Positions 1 to 10,756 of a DNA stretch of 64,000 nucleotides are shown here, piece by piece. The notes under the pieces are model-generated. The model did no database searches. It had not been told where the DNA came from and worked only from the letters and a program-made list of their open reading frames with translations. The stretch covers positions 4,480,001 to 4,544,000 of the forward strand of contig CBDBGH010000003.1 of the NCBI GenBank assembly GCA_965205265.1. Reading direction: 5' to 3'. The DNA is from Alphaproteobacteria bacterium (lineage in GTDB: Bacteria; Pseudomonadota; Alphaproteobacteria; Bin95). The number at the start of each line of letters is the position of its first letter. Positions within the stretch are counted from its first letter, which is position 1. The position numbers and the translations under genes were made by a program.

Positions 1-441
1 CGCGCGCCCGACCTCCTCGGCCGCAAGCTCCGGGGCATGGGGCGGCACGGTTATCGAGGCGCGCAGGCGCGAATCGCGGTCGAGCCATTCGGCCCGGAGC
101 CAGTCGTTCAGCGCGCGGGCGAAGCCGGCCGCCATGTCCTCGGAATAGAGCATCGGCGCGCCGTAAAGGCAGTTGAGGATGGCGTAGCGCGTGCCGAAGC
201 CGTCCACCGCGTCGCTGATGAGGCGTTCGGGGTCGCTGCCGGGCCGGGCGCCGCCGTCGCGCCAGTCGGGCCGGCAGGAGAGCGGCGCATTCGGCGGCCA
301 GGCGATGATCTCCAGCTCATGCAGCCCGCGATGCGCCGCCGCATCGGCCCAGTGCGGCTCCAGATAGGGCATCAGCGCCGAGACTGACGGCGGCGCCGGG
401 TGCAGGTCGCAGTCGATCGCGCCGGAGGGCAGGACGGTCAT
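1..441 (-). CDS. Amidohydrolase family protein (Amidohydro_2), partial, runs off window start
   Basis: Not in ORF track. Read manually: [15 protein letters not shown]...[23 protein letters not shown]. It has the IDxDxH metal motif and the NDW motif; its ATG overlaps the upstream gene stop (ATGA at 438-441). Confidence 0.8.
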   Translation of the reverse strand, partial: MTVLPSGAIDCDLHPAPPSVSALMPYLEPHWADAAAHRGLHELEIIAWPPNAPLSCRPDWRDGGARPGSDPERLISDAVDGFGTRYAILNCLYGAPMLYSEDMAAGFARALNDWLRAEWLDRDSRLRASITVPPHAPELAAEEVGRA

Positions 442-1748
442 TCCGCGGCCGCCCCGTACGGGATGTTGCGGCCGCCGAGGCGGCGGACGCGGATATTGGC
501 CTGCTCGGCATGGCCGACGAAGCCCTCCAGCATGCAGAGCCGCGAGCAGACCTCGCCGAGCGCCGCCGAGGCCTCGTCGGTCAGGATGCGCTGGTAGGTG
601 TGCGTCTTGATGAACTTGCCGACCCAGAGGCCGCCCGTATAGCGTGCCGCGCGGCGGGTCGGCAGGGTGTGGTTGGTGCCGATCACCTTGTCGCCGTAGG
701 AGACATTGGTGCGGGGCCCGAGGAACAGCGCGCCGTAGCAGGTCATGTTCTCCAGATACCACTCGTCCCGGTCGGTCATCACCTGGACGTGCTCCGACGC
801 GAGGCGCTCGGCCTCCGCCAGCATTTCGTCGTGGCCGGCGCAGAGAATTACTTCTCCGTAGTCCCGCCACGCCGCTCCCGCATTGGCGGCGGTCGGCAGG
901 ATGGCCAGCAGCCGCTCCACCTCGGCCATGGTGGCCTCGGCGAGCGCGCGCGAGTTGGTGACCAGAATGGCCGGGCTGTCGGGCCCGTGCTCGGCCTGGC
1001 CCAGCAGGTCGGTCGCACAGAGCTCGGCGTCCACCGTCTCGTCCGCGATCAGCAGGGTCTCGGTCGGCCCCGCCAGGAGGTCGATGCCGACCCGCCCGAA
1101 GAGCTGGCGCTTGGCCTCCGCGACGAAGGCATTGCCGGGGCCGACCAGCATGTCCACCGGCGCCACCGACTCCGTGCCAAGCGCCATCGCGCCCACCGCC
1201 TGCACGCCGCCCAGCACCAGGATTTCGTCGGCTCCGCCCATATGCATGGCGGCGACCATGGCCGGGTGCGGGCCGCCGCCCTGCGCAGGCGGGGCCGCGG
1301 CGACGATGCGCGGCACGCCGGCGGCCTTGGCGGTGACGACGCTCATATGCACCGACGCCACGATGGGATACTTGCCGCCGGGCGCATAGCAGCCGACCGA
1401 GTTCACCGGGATGTTGCGGTGCCCGAGCACGACGCCCGGCAGGGTCTCCACCTCGATGTCCCTGAGCGCGGCGCGCTGGTGCTCGGCGAAGCCGCGAACC
1501 TGGGCCTGCGCGAAGCGGATGTCGTCGAGGTCGCGCTTCGCCACCTGCGAAAGCGCCCGCTCGATCTCCCGATCCGACAGCCTGAAGCTCTCCGGCGACC
1601 AGTTGTCGAACTTCTCGGAAAGCCCCCGGACCGCCTCGTCGCCGCGCGCGCCGATGTCGTCCAGGATCGCCTCGACGGCGGCGCGCACCTTGGCATCCGC
1701 CTCCGCGCGCTCGGCCGCCGTCCGGCCCCGCTTCAGATATTCCGCCAT
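438..1748 (-). CDS. Histidinol dehydrogenase-family paralogue (HisD/HpsN-like NAD-dependent dehydrogenase)
   Basis: [32 protein letters not shown] and GDK-GTNH motifs. Start taken at MAEYLKRG. Confidence 0.85.
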   Translation of the reverse strand: MAEYLKRGRTAAERAEADAKVRAAVEAILDDIGARGDEAVRGLSEKFDNWSPESFRLSDREIERALSQVAKRDLDDIRFAQAQVRGFAEHQRAALRDIEVETLPGVVLGHRNIPVNSVGCYAPGGKYPIVASVHMSVVTAKAAGVPRIVAAAPPAQGGGPHPAMVAAMHMGGADEILVLGGVQAVGAMALGTESVAPVDMLVGPGNAFVAEAKRQLFGRVGIDLLAGPTETLLIADETVDAELCATDLLGQAEHGPDSPAILVTNSRALAEATMAEVERLLAILPTAANAGAAWRDYGEVILCAGHDEMLAEAERLASEHVQVMTDRDEWYLENMTCYGALFLGPRTNVSYGDKVIGTNHTLPTRRAARYTGGLWVGKFIKTHTYQRILTDEASAALGEVCSRLCMLEGFVGHAEQANIRVRRLGGRNIPYGAAAE

Positions 1749-1860
1749 CCCGCTTCCCCCGCGTTCCGCCGCCGAAAGGCATGGCACTTCCATAGCGGGC
1801 AATCAAGGCGGGGCGCTGTAGGCCGGCTTGCGCTTCGATACGAACACATCAGGGAGAGGC

Positions 1861-2001
1861 ATGAAGACGATAGGCGTGCCGAAGTTCAGGGAGCAATGCC
1901 TGGCCCTGCTGGACGACCTCGGCGACGATGGCCCGGTCATCACCAAGCGCGGAAAGCCGGGATCAGGCGCTGATTCGACCGCCACAGCCGCACGGCGCTG
2001 A
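1861..2001 (+). pseudogene. Truncated Phd/YefM-type antitoxin (46 aa), no cognate toxin
   Basis: RBS AGGGAG then MKTIGVPKFREQCLALLDDLGDDGPVITKRGKP, the typical Phd N-terminus. It breaks off where VAxLxP is expected. Confidence 0.7.
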
Positions 2002-2170
2002 GCAACGCCAATCGGTGCCTTGCCTGCCTCCGACAGATCCTCAACTTCACCATCGCCCGCGGTCATATCGAAAGCAACCCCGCCAATGGCATTGAGTTCA
2101 ACCGGCGGTCAAAGCTCACCCGGTTCCTGTCCCGGCAGAAACTCAGACGCCTTCACGCCGCCCTCGGCCC
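1962..2170 (+). pseudogene. Internal fragment of a tyrosine recombinase/phage integrase
   Basis: Manual translation IRR*FDRHSRTALSNANRCLACLRQILNFTIARGHIESNPANGIEFNRRSKLTRFLSRQKLRRLHAALG resembles the integrase core-binding to catalytic-domain junction (NP...RFLS). In-frame TGA at 1971. Confidence 0.65.
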
Positions 2171-2417
2171 GGTCGCGGGGGCGGCGAAAGCCTCAGCGAG
2201 GCGCGCCACCTCGCGCCGGTGGATGCCGGCAATATTCGGGTGGATGTCCGGCAGCCTAGCCGGGATGGCAGCAAGCCGGGCGATGATGGCTGGGCAGGGA
2301 TTCGCCGACGCTACCTCGAGCGAAGACAATCCCTACCGCTGGAAACTCGGCTCCGATAGACTGCCGGGTCCGCAGCCCCGGCACTGCCGCGGCGAACGAT
2401 TTCTTTGGAGGTCCCCG

Positions 2418-3734
2418 ATGAAGCACAAGTTCCTGCTGATCGCGATCGGCGCGACGATGGCCGTCGCCCATGCCGGCTCGGCTCTGGCCGCGACCGAAAT
2501 TCAATGGTGGCACGCCATGGGCGGCAAGCTCGGCGAGAAGGTCGTCGAAATCGCCGAAGGCTTCAACGCATCCCAGTCCGACTACAAGGTGACGCCCGTT
2601 TACAAGGGCAATTACACCGAGACCATGACAGCCGCCATCGCCGCGTTCCGCGCGAAGCAGCAGCCGCATATCGTGCAGGTGTTCGAAGTCGGCACGGCCA
2701 GCATGATGGCGGCGAAAGGGGCGATCTACCCCGTTTACCGGATGATGGCTGATGCCGGCGAGGCATTCGACCCGAACGACTATCTGGCCTCGGTCACCGG
2801 CTACTACACCGATACCGACGGCAACATGCTTTCCATGCCGTTCAACAGCTCGACGCCGGTGCTCTACTACAACAAGACCGCATTCGAGAAAGCCGGGGTC
2901 TCCGAAGCCCCGAAGACCTGGCCGGAAGTCGAGGCAGCCGCCAAGAAGGCGCAGGCGGCCGGTTATCCCTGCGGCTTCACGACGGGCTGGCAGTCGTGGG
3001 TGCAGATCGAGAATTTCTCGGCCTGGCACAACCTGGCGATCGGCACGAAGGCCAACGGCTTCGCGGGCACCGACACCGAGTTCACCTTCAACAGCCCGGC
3101 GCATGCCAAGCATATCGGCCAGCTCGCCGAGTGGCAGAAGTCGAAGGTCTTCGACTATGGCGGCCGGCGTTCGGAGAGCGCGCCCAAGTTCTACGGCCAG
3201 GAATGCGTGATGTACATGAACTCCTCCGCGGCCCATGCCGGGGTGAAGGCCAACGCCAAGGACTTCGAGTTCGGCGTCTCCTCGCTGCCCTACTGGCCGG
3301 ATATCGAAGGCGCCCCGCAAAACACCATTATCGGCGGCGCGACCCTGTGGGTGCTGCAGGGCCACGACGCGGGCGACTACAAGGCCGCGGCGAAGTTCTT
3401 TAGCTATCTGTCCTCGGCGGAGGTACAGGCCGACTGGCATCAGTTCACAGGCTACCTGCCGATCACCACGGCCGCCTACGAGCTGAGCGCGTCGCAGGGC
3501 TTCTACGAGAAGAACCCGGGCACCGACGTTGCGATCAAGCAGATGACGGACAAAGCCCCGACCGAGAATTCCAAGGGCCTCAGGTTCGGCAATTTCGTCC
3601 AGATCCGCGACATCATCAACGAGGAGATGGAGTCGATCTGGGGCGGCACGAAGTCTGCGCAGGAAGGGCTTGACGACGCCGTTTCGCGGGGCAATGCGCT
3701 GCTGCGCAAGTTCGAGGCGGCGACCGGAGGGTAG
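2418..3734 (+). CDS. ugpB: sn-glycerol-3-phosphate ABC transporter substrate-binding protein
   Basis: GGAGG RBS, signal peptide, EIQWWHAM, PFNSSTP, IIGGATLWV and GLRFGNFVQIR motifs. Confidence 0.93.
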   Translation: MKHKFLLIAIGATMAVAHAGSALAATEIQWWHAMGGKLGEKVVEIAEGFNASQSDYKVTPVYKGNYTETMTAAIAAFRAKQQPHIVQVFEVGTASMMAAKGAIYPVYRMMADAGEAFDPNDYLASVTGYYTDTDGNMLSMPFNSSTPVLYYNKTAFEKAGVSEAPKTWPEVEAAAKKAQAAGYPCGFTTGWQSWVQIENFSAWHNLAIGTKANGFAGTDTEFTFNSPAHAKHIGQLAEWQKSKVFDYGGRRSESAPKFYGQECVMYMNSSAAHAGVKANAKDFEFGVSSLPYWPDIEGAPQNTIIGGATLWVLQGHDAGDYKAAAKFFSYLSSAEVQADWHQFTGYLPITTAAYELSASQGFYEKNPGTDVAIKQMTDKAPTENSKGLRFGNFVQIRDIINEEMESIWGGTKSAQEGLDDAVSRGNALLRKFEAATGG

Positions 3735-3750
3735 CCGGCTCCAGGCACTT

Positions 3751-3790
3751 GTCCGGCGGCTTCACGGATAGGGCCGCGAAGCCGCCGGAC
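3751..3790 (+). other. Intercistronic stem-loop after ugpB (mRNA-stabilising or attenuating)
   Basis: Perfect 13-bp inverted repeat GTCCGGCGGCTTC...GAAGCCGCCGGAC, with no U-tract. Confidence 0.6.
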
Positions 3791-3813
3791 GCTCTGCCCT
3801 GCAAGGCCGAACC

Positions 3814-4695
3814 ATGGAAAAACGGGTCGTATTCACCAAGCTGGGCCTGCCGATCCTCCTGGTGGCCCCTCAGATCGTTGTCACGCTGGTCTTCTTCATC
3901 TGGCCGGCGAGCCAGGCGCTTTACCAGTCGGTCCTGCTCGAAGACGCCTTCGGCCTCAGGAGCGAATTCGTCTGGCTCGACAACTTCACCGCCCTTTTCT
4001 CCGACCCCCACTATCTGGACAGCTTCGCCCGCACGGTCGTCTTCTCGGCGGCGACGGCAGGGCTGTCGCTCGGCGTCGCGCTCTTTCTTGCGGTCATGGC
4101 GGACCGGGTCCTGAAGGGTGCCACGGCTTATCGAACGCTGATCGTCTGGCCCTACGCCGTCGCGCCCGCGGTGGCGGGTGTGCTCTGGTTCTTCATGTTC
4201 AATCCGTCCATCGGGGTTCTCGCCTATCTGCTCAAATCCATCGGTTACGACTGGAACCACTATCTGGACGGCACCGACGCCATGATGCTCGTCATCCTGG
4301 CGGCCTCGTGGAAACAGGTCAGCTACAATTTCCTCTTCTTCCTGGCAGGGCTGCAGGCCATTCCGCGCTCGCTCGTAGAGGCGGCGGCGATCGATGGCGC
4401 CCGCCCCTTCAAGCGCTTTTGGACGATTGTGTTCCCCCTGCTCTCGCCGACCGCTTTCTTCCTGCTGGTGGTCAATACCGTCTATGCGTTCTTCGACACG
4501 TTCGGGATCGTGCATGCGACCACGAGCGGCGGCCCGGCGCAGTCCACCACGATCCTCGTTTACAAGGTGTTCAACGACGGCTTCATCGGGCTCGACCTCG
4601 GCGGTTCGGCTGCGCAGTCGGTCGTGCTCATGGCCGTCGTCATCACGCTTACCGTGTTCCAGTTCCGCTATATCGAGCGGAAAGTGGCCTACTGA
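3814..4695 (+). CDS. ugpA: G3P ABC transporter permease
   Basis: MEKRVVF start, EAAAIDGA loop, operon context. Confidence 0.92.
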   Translation: MEKRVVFTKLGLPILLVAPQIVVTLVFFIWPASQALYQSVLLEDAFGLRSEFVWLDNFTALFSDPHYLDSFARTVVFSAATAGLSLGVALFLAVMADRVLKGATAYRTLIVWPYAVAPAVAGVLWFFMFNPSIGVLAYLLKSIGYDWNHYLDGTDAMMLVILAASWKQVSYNFLFFLAGLQAIPRSLVEAAAIDGARPFKRFWTIVFPLLSPTAFFLLVVNTVYAFFDTFGIVHATTSGGPAQSTTILVYKVFNDGFIGLDLGGSAAQSVVLMAVVITLTVFQFRYIERKVAY

Positions 4696-4710
4696 GGGGG
4701 CGGACGGTCC

Positions 4711-5559
4711 ATGGTCGAAAACCGCCCCTGGCTCACGGTCCTGTCGCATGTCGTGCTGTGTCTTGGCGTGCTGGTCACCGCGCTCCCGATCTGGATCGCC
4801 TTCGTCGCCTCGACGCATCCGGCGGATTCCATGCTGTCGGGGCGGACGCCGCTCCTGCCGGGCGGCTATCTGCTCGAAAACTACGCGACCGTGCTCGGCT
4901 CCGGCGTGCAGGCCGCGGGCACCGCCCCTGTCGGCATGATGCTCTGGAACTCGCTTGTCATGGCGCTGATGATCGCGGTCGGCAAGATCGCGATCTCGAT
5001 CATTGCTGCCTACGCCATCGTCTATTTCCGCTTTCCGCTGCGCAAGACGTGCTTCTGGCTCATCTTCATCACCCTCATGCTGCCGGTCGAGGTGCGCATC
5101 CTGCCGACCTTCGGCGTGGTGGCCAGCCTCGACATGCTGAACAGCTACTGGGGCCTGTCCGTGCCGCTGATCGCGAGTGCGACGGCGACGTTCCTGTTCC
5201 GGCAGTTCTTCCTGACCGTGCCCGAGGAGCTCGCCGAGGCGGCGCGTATCGACGGGGCGGGGCCGCTTAAATTCTTCCGCGACATCTTGCTGCCCCTCTC
5301 CCGGACCAATATCGCGGCGCTCTTCGTGATTCTCTTCATCTTCGGCTGGAACCAGTATCTGTGGCCGCTCCTGGTCACCACCGACGAGGGCTTCTACACC
5401 ATTGTCATGGGCATCCAGCGCATGCTGCAGGCCGAGGACGCCGAGCCCGCATGGCACCAGATCATGGCGACCGCGATGCTCGCAATGCTGCCGCCCGTGC
5501 TGGTCGTGGTCTTCATGCAGCGCCTGTTCGTGAAGGGGCTGATCGAGCAGGAGAAATGA
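4711..5559 (+). CDS. ugpE: G3P ABC transporter permease
   Basis: MVENRP start, LMLPVEVRILPT, EAARIDGA. Confidence 0.92.
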   Translation: MVENRPWLTVLSHVVLCLGVLVTALPIWIAFVASTHPADSMLSGRTPLLPGGYLLENYATVLGSGVQAAGTAPVGMMLWNSLVMALMIAVGKIAISIIAAYAIVYFRFPLRKTCFWLIFITLMLPVEVRILPTFGVVASLDMLNSYWGLSVPLIASATATFLFRQFFLTVPEELAEAARIDGAGPLKFFRDILLPLSRTNIAALFVILFIFGWNQYLWPLLVTTDEGFYTIVMGIQRMLQAEDAEPAWHQIMATAMLAMLPPVLVVVFMQRLFVKGLIEQEK

Positions 5560-5598
5560 CGGCCCGCACTCGTCGGGCGGTTGGAGGGAGTTGACGGC

Positions 5599-6684
5599 AT
5601 GGCCGGGCTGGAATTCGTCGGGGTGCGAAAGACCTATCCCAACGGCGTTCGCGCGATCCACGGGATAGACACGACCGTCTCCGATGGCGAGTTCGTCGTT
5701 ATCGTCGGCCCGTCCGGCTGCGGCAAGTCCACCCTGCTGCGCATGGTCGCCGGGCTCGAAACGGTGACGGAAGGAGAGATCCGGATCGGCGCAAGGCGGG
5801 TCAACGAACTGGAACCCGCGGACCGGAACATCGCGATGGTGTTCCAGAACTATGCGCTCTATCCCCATATGAGCGTGTTCGACAACATGGCCTACGGCCT
5901 GCGCAACCGGCGCACGCCCAGGGACGAGATCGCGCGCCGGGTTGCCGAGGCTGCCGGAACCCTCCAGCTGGAAGGCCTGCTCGACCGCCGTCCCGCACAG
6001 CTTTCCGGCGGGCAACGCCAGCGGGTAGCGATGGGCCGCGCCATCGTGCGCGAGCCCGAGGCCTTTCTCTTCGACGAACCGCTCTCGAACCTCGACGCCA
6101 AGCTGCGCGTGCAGATGCGCCTGGAAATCAAGCGGCTGCAGCGCGCTCTCGGAACCACCAGCCTCTATGTGACCCACGACCAGGTGGAGGCGATGACGCT
6201 CGCCGACCGGCTGATCGTGATGAATGCCGGAGTGGCGGAACAGATCGGCACGCCGCTGGAAATATACGATGCGCCCGCCAGCCTATTCGTGGCGGGCTTC
6301 ATCGGGTCCCCCGCCATGAACTTCCTGCCGGGGACCGTGGCCGGAGACGGGCGCGGCGTGGACCTCGACGGGGCGGGCCGGACGCTGTCCGTTGCGCCGC
6401 CGGCCTCCGCCGCCCGGGGCGGGGTCACCGTCGGCGTCCGGCCGGAGCATCTGGAGCCCGTTTCCCGCGAGGAAGCGGTGTTGGAAATCGCTGTCGAACT
6501 CGTCGAGGCGCTTGGCGCGGACAGCCTGGTCCACGGACAGCTGGCCGGCGGCGGCTCCGGCGCGCCCGTTACGGTGCGTGTGGACGGCGCCCGACAAGTC
6601 GCGATCGGCGAAGCGCTTTCCCTGACCGTCGCGGCGAAGCATGTCCACTTCTTCGATCCCGGCGATGGCAAGCGCCTCGGCTGA
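5599..6684 (+). CDS. ugpC: G3P ABC transporter ATP-binding protein
   Basis: Walker [17 protein letters not shown] signature, DEPLSNLD, C-terminal TOBE-like region. Confidence 0.92.
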   Translation: MAGLEFVGVRKTYPNGVRAIHGIDTTVSDGEFVVIVGPSGCGKSTLLRMVAGLETVTEGEIRIGARRVNELEPADRNIAMVFQNYALYPHMSVFDNMAYGLRNRRTPRDEIARRVAEAAGTLQLEGLLDRRPAQLSGGQRQRVAMGRAIVREPEAFLFDEPLSNLDAKLRVQMRLEIKRLQRALGTTSLYVTHDQVEAMTLADRLIVMNAGVAEQIGTPLEIYDAPASLFVAGFIGSPAMNFLPGTVAGDGRGVDLDGAGRTLSVAPPASAARGGVTVGVRPEHLEPVSREEAVLEIAVELVEALGADSLVHGQLAGGGSGAPVTVRVDGARQVAIGEALSLTVAAKHVHFFDPGDGKRLG

Positions 6685-6692
6685 GCGCGCGG

Positions 6693-7607
6693 ATGCTGGA
6701 AATAGAAGGGCATCGCGGCGCGCGCGGATTGCTGCCGGAAAACACGCTCCCGGCCTTCGAACGCGCCATCGCGCTCGGCGTCGATGCGCTGGAGTTCGAT
6801 GTCGGCATGTCCCGGGACGGCATCCTCGTCGTCCATCACGATCCGGCGCTCGACCCGGACCACACGCGTGACGCCGCGGGAGCATGGCTGGCGCCGCCGG
6901 GGCCCCGGCTCCGGGACCTGGACATGGCGGCGTTGTCGGGCTTCGATGTCGGCAGGGCCAGGCCCGGCGGCTCGACAACCGCGAAATTTCCCGAGCAGGA
7001 GCCGCGCGACGGGGCGCGCATCCCCACGCTGGCGGAGGTCTTGGCGCTCGGCCGGCAGCCGGGGGCCGGCGCTATGCGTTTCGGCATCGAAATCAAGCTC
7101 ACGCCGCTGGAGCCGGACAAAACGGCCGGGCCGGAAGTGTTCGCCGGAGCGGTGGCATCGGCGCTGCGGGCTGAGGGGATGGTTTCCCGCGCGAGCGTCC
7201 GGGCCTTCGACTGGCGCGTGCTTCGCGAGATTCGCAGGCTCGCGCCGGAAATCGCCGTGGGCTGCCTTACGGCCGAACAAAGCTGGCGCGACAACATTCT
7301 GCGCGACCGGCCCGAAGCTTCTCCCTGGACTGCCGGCCTGAATATCCACGAGCATGGCGGCTCGGTGCCGAGGATGGTGCACCGTTTCGGCGCCCCGGTG
7401 TGGTCGCCCTACTATTCCGAACTCACCGCCGAGGCGTTTGCCGAGGCCCGGAGCCTGGGCCTCAAGGTTGTCGTCTGGACGGTGAACGAGGTTCGCGACA
7501 TGCGGGCGATGGCCCGGCTCGGCGTGGACGGCATCGTCACCGACTATCCGGACCGCGCCGTGGAGGCGCTGGCGCCCTGGCGTCAGGAGGCGCCGCCGCC
7601 TGCCTGA
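6693..7607 (+). CDS. Glycerophosphodiester phosphodiesterase (GDPD/UgpQ family)
   Basis: HRGARG..PENT, EFDV, HHD, EIK, WTVN and GIVTDYP motifs. Confidence 0.92.
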   Translation: MLEIEGHRGARGLLPENTLPAFERAIALGVDALEFDVGMSRDGILVVHHDPALDPDHTRDAAGAWLAPPGPRLRDLDMAALSGFDVGRARPGGSTTAKFPEQEPRDGARIPTLAEVLALGRQPGAGAMRFGIEIKLTPLEPDKTAGPEVFAGAVASALRAEGMVSRASVRAFDWRVLREIRRLAPEIAVGCLTAEQSWRDNILRDRPEASPWTAGLNIHEHGGSVPRMVHRFGAPVWSPYYSELTAEAFAEARSLGLKVVVWTVNEVRDMRAMARLGVDGIVTDYPDRAVEALAPWRQEAPPPA

Positions 7608-9100
7608 AGATATGCCTCAAGGCGCCGCGCGCCGTCCGCCGGGACGCCGAGACCCTTGCGGGTGCGCCGCCACAATATGTCCTCGGCGGTCCGGGCCCAT
7701 TCGCAACGCACCAGATAATCGACCTCCGCCGCGTAGAGCCCGGCGCCGAAATGCTCGCCCAGGTCCCCGACGCTCCCGCAGCCGGCCAGCAGGGTATCCG
7801 TCTCGGAGCCGTAGTGGCGCATGAAATGCCGGAGAAGCCCAGCCGGAAGCCATGAATGGCGCGCTGCGCATTGCGCCGTGAACGCTGCGATGTCTGCGTC
7901 GGGAATGTCTCCGCCGGGGAGCGGCGCATCCCGGGTCCATCCCGGCCTGCCGATGTCGAGAGGCCGGGCCAGCATGTCCACCGCCTGCTCGGCAAGCCTG
8001 CGGTAAGTCGTGATCTTGCCGCCATATACGGAGAGCATCGGGGCCGGCTCGCGGTCCAGCGCCAGCACGTAGTCGCGGGTGACCCTGCTCGCCTTTTCCG
8101 TCCGGTCGTCGAACAGTGGCCGGATGCCGGAATAGCTCCACACCACGTCGTCTGGCGTGACGGGAGTCGCGAAATAGCGGTTGGCCGCCGCGCAGATATA
8201 GTCGATTTCACCGGGCGCAATCCCGACCCGAGCCGGTTCGCCCTCGAACTCCACATCCGTCGTCCCTAGCAGCGTGTAGTTCTCCTCGAAGGGGATCGCG
8301 AACAGCACGCGCCCGTCTCCACCCTGGAAGATGTAGGGATAGGCATGATCGAACAGTTTGCGCACCACGATATGGCTGCCCTTGACGAGCCTGACCCGCT
8401 GCTCCGCTCCCGCGCCGCCGGCGAGCGACCGGGTGCGGCCGACCCAGGGGCCGGTTGCATTGGCGACGCTTCGCGCCCCGACCACAAACCGTTCGCCGGA
8501 CAGCCGGTCGACCAGCAGGGCCTCCCAGCCGGCATCGCCGGGAGACAGCGACACGCATTCCGTGCGCGTGCGGATTTCCGCGCCCCGGGCCTCTGCGTCG
8601 CGGGCATTGAGCACGACAAGGCGCGAGTCCTGCACCCAGCAGTCGGAGTATTCGAAGGCCCGGCCGTAGCGGCTCTGCAGGACCCGCCCGCTCTCGTGCC
8701 GGCGGAGGTCGATAGCCGCGCAGGGCGGCAGCAGGACGCGCCCGCCGAGATGGTCGTAGAGGAAAAGGCCCATCCGGATCATCCACCAGGGGCGCAGTCC
8801 CTTATGGTGCGGAAGCACGAAACGCAGCGGCCAGACGATGTGCGGGGCGTTGCGCAACAGCACCTCGCGCTCGCGGAGCGAATGGCGCACGAGGCGGAAG
8901 TCGTACTGCTCCAGATAGCGCAGCCCCCCGTGTATCAGCTTGGTGCTGGCGGACGAGGTATGAGCCCCGAGGTCGTCCCGTTCGCACAGCAGGACATCGA
9001 GGCCGCGCCCCGCAGCATCCCGCGCGATACCGGCGCCGTTAATGCCGCCGCCGATGACGAGCAGGTCCGCACCGCGCCGCTGAAGGCCTTTGGAAGCCAT
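7583..9100 (-). CDS. glpD: Aerobic FAD-dependent glycerol-3-phosphate dehydrogenase
   Basis: IGGGINGAGIARDAAGRG, STKLIHGGLRYLE, GGKITTYR, DILWRRT. Overlaps the GDPD 3' end convergently by 25 bp. Confidence 0.93.
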   Translation of the reverse strand: MASKGLQRRGADLLVIGGGINGAGIARDAAGRGLDVLLCERDDLGAHTSSASTKLIHGGLRYLEQYDFRLVRHSLREREVLLRNAPHIVWPLRFVLPHHKGLRPWWMIRMGLFLYDHLGGRVLLPPCAAIDLRRHESGRVLQSRYGRAFEYSDCWVQDSRLVVLNARDAEARGAEIRTRTECVSLSPGDAGWEALLVDRLSGERFVVGARSVANATGPWVGRTRSLAGGAGAEQRVRLVKGSHIVVRKLFDHAYPYIFQGGDGRVLFAIPFEENYTLLGTTDVEFEGEPARVGIAPGEIDYICAAANRYFATPVTPDDVVWSYSGIRPLFDDRTEKASRVTRDYVLALDREPAPMLSVYGGKITTYRRLAEQAVDMLARPLDIGRPGWTRDAPLPGGDIPDADIAAFTAQCAARHSWLPAGLLRHFMRHYGSETDTLLAGCGSVGDLGEHFGAGLYAAEVDYLVRCEWARTAEDILWRRTRKGLGVPADGARRLEAYLQAGGGAS

Positions 9101-9328
9101 TCGAACGCCGCCCCCCGCATACCGCCGAAACCCGGGCCCGGCCAATCCGTTCCCGGCGAACCGGTGGATGAAGAGCCGGCACCCGCGCCCGGTGTCAAGC
9201 CTCGGGGATGACTCTGCAAAGAGCCGGGACGCTCCCGGCCCGTCCGTTTCGGGCCGCTGGACAGCCATGCAGCCTGGGAGGATAGTGGCTCATCCGGCCG
9301 ATCTGGCAGCCGGAGAAAGGACCCGAAA

Positions 9329-10660
9329 ATGGAGCGCAAGACACTCACTGCCGCCGCCGCAATTGGAATTCTGGCGGCGGGACTCGCCATGCCGGCCGAG
9401 GCCAAGACAAGAATCGACCTCTGGTACGGCCTCAAGGGCTATCTGGGCAAGCAGGTCATGAAGGTCTGCGAACGCTTCAACGCCGCGCAGGACGATTATG
9501 AGATCGTCTGCACGGGCAAGGGCAACTACGATCAGGCGCTCCAGGCGGGCATCGCCGCCTACCGCGCCAAGAAACATCCCCACATTCTGCAGGGCGTGGA
9601 GACCGCGACGGGGACGCTGATGCTGTCGGGCGCGATCTATCCTGCATACCAGCTGATGGCCGACGCCGGCTACGACGTGGACTGGAGTGACTATATCGGC
9701 TCGATCATGAGCTATTACGCCTCTTCCGACGGCAAGCTCTATTCCTTTCCCTTCAACTCGTCGACGCCGGTGATGTACTACAACATCGACATGTACGAGA
9801 AAGCCGGCATCGCGGGTCCGGCGAAAACCTGGGAACAGTTCGAGGCGGACCTGCGGACGCTGAAGGATTCGGGCGTCGCCTGCCCGATCGCCTTCTCGAC
9901 CTATCTCTGGGTTCATCTGGAGCAGTTCAGCTACATGCATGGCGAGCCGATCGCGACGCGCAACAACGGCTTCGACGGCCTCGACGCGGAGCTGGTCTTC
10001 AACAAGACCTCCTATGTAAAGCATGTCGAGCGGCTGAAACGCTGGTATGACGACAAACTCGGTAGCTACGCCAAGGAGCTGTTCGGGGTCGGCACGCGCG
10101 AGTCCTTCGCGACCGGCAAGTGCGGCCATTATTTCGGCTCCATCGCCTCGCACGGCACGGTGCTGAAGACCGCCAAGATGAACTGGGACGTCGCCCCGCT
10201 GCCGCACAATGAGGGCGTGACGCCCAACAACACCGTCGTCGGCGGCGCGAGCTTCTGGATCATGAAGGGCTTCGAGGAGGCCGAATACAAGGGCGTCGCC
10301 GCCTTCTTCGACTTCATCCGGTCGGTCGAGTCGCAGGAGTTCTGGAGCACCGTCACCGGTTATGTGCCGACAACCAGGAGCGGTTACGACGCGCTCGTCG
10401 CCAAGGGCTTCTACAAGCAGAAGGAATATGCCGGGCGCGAGGTCGCCATCGAAAGCCTGGCCCGCACGCCGCCCACGCCGCTCTCGCGGGGGCTGCGCCT
10501 CGGCTACTTCCGGCAGATCAAGAAGATCATCGGCGACGAGTTGGAGCAGATGCTGGCCGGCAAGAAGACCGCGCAGGCGGCGCTCGACAGCGCAGTGGCG
10601 CGGGGCAACGAGCAGTTGCGCCGCTTCGAGAAGCAGTACGAGGGCCAGTCCCTGCCCTGA
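9329..10660 (+). CDS. Second, divergent UgpB-like ABC substrate-binding protein
   Basis: Signal peptide, FPFNSSTP, VVGGASFW, GLRLG; paralogous to 2418-3734. Confidence 0.88.
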   Translation: MERKTLTAAAAIGILAAGLAMPAEAKTRIDLWYGLKGYLGKQVMKVCERFNAAQDDYEIVCTGKGNYDQALQAGIAAYRAKKHPHILQGVETATGTLMLSGAIYPAYQLMADAGYDVDWSDYIGSIMSYYASSDGKLYSFPFNSSTPVMYYNIDMYEKAGIAGPAKTWEQFEADLRTLKDSGVACPIAFSTYLWVHLEQFSYMHGEPIATRNNGFDGLDAELVFNKTSYVKHVERLKRWYDDKLGSYAKELFGVGTRESFATGKCGHYFGSIASHGTVLKTAKMNWDVAPLPHNEGVTPNNTVVGGASFWIMKGFEEAEYKGVAAFFDFIRSVESQEFWSTVTGYVPTTRSGYDALVAKGFYKQKEYAGREVAIESLARTPPTPLSRGLRLGYFRQIKKIIGDELEQMLAGKKTAQAALDSAVARGNEQLRRFEKQYEGQSLP

Positions 10661-10681
10661 GCCCGCGATGGGCGAACGACA

Positions 10682-10729
10682 ATGGGCGGCGCCCGGCCGG
10701 CCTCCCGCCGGACCGGGCCGCCGCGCCAT
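10682..10729 (+). other. Imperfect GC-rich intercistronic hairpin after the second SBP gene
   Basis: ATGG-GCGGCGCCCGG-CCGGC...GCCGG-ACCGGGCCGCCGCGCCAT, in the same position as the hairpin of operon 1. Confidence 0.45.
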
Positions 10730-10756
10730 CCTTGAACAGCGACGGCGCCTAGCCAG

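Noticed and set aside
2223-2417. N-terminal extensions given by the ORF track for ugpB (likewise glpD, rpsL, rpsE, rpsM and others)
   Set aside because: The true starts lie downstream, at RBS-preceded codons matching the family N-termini.
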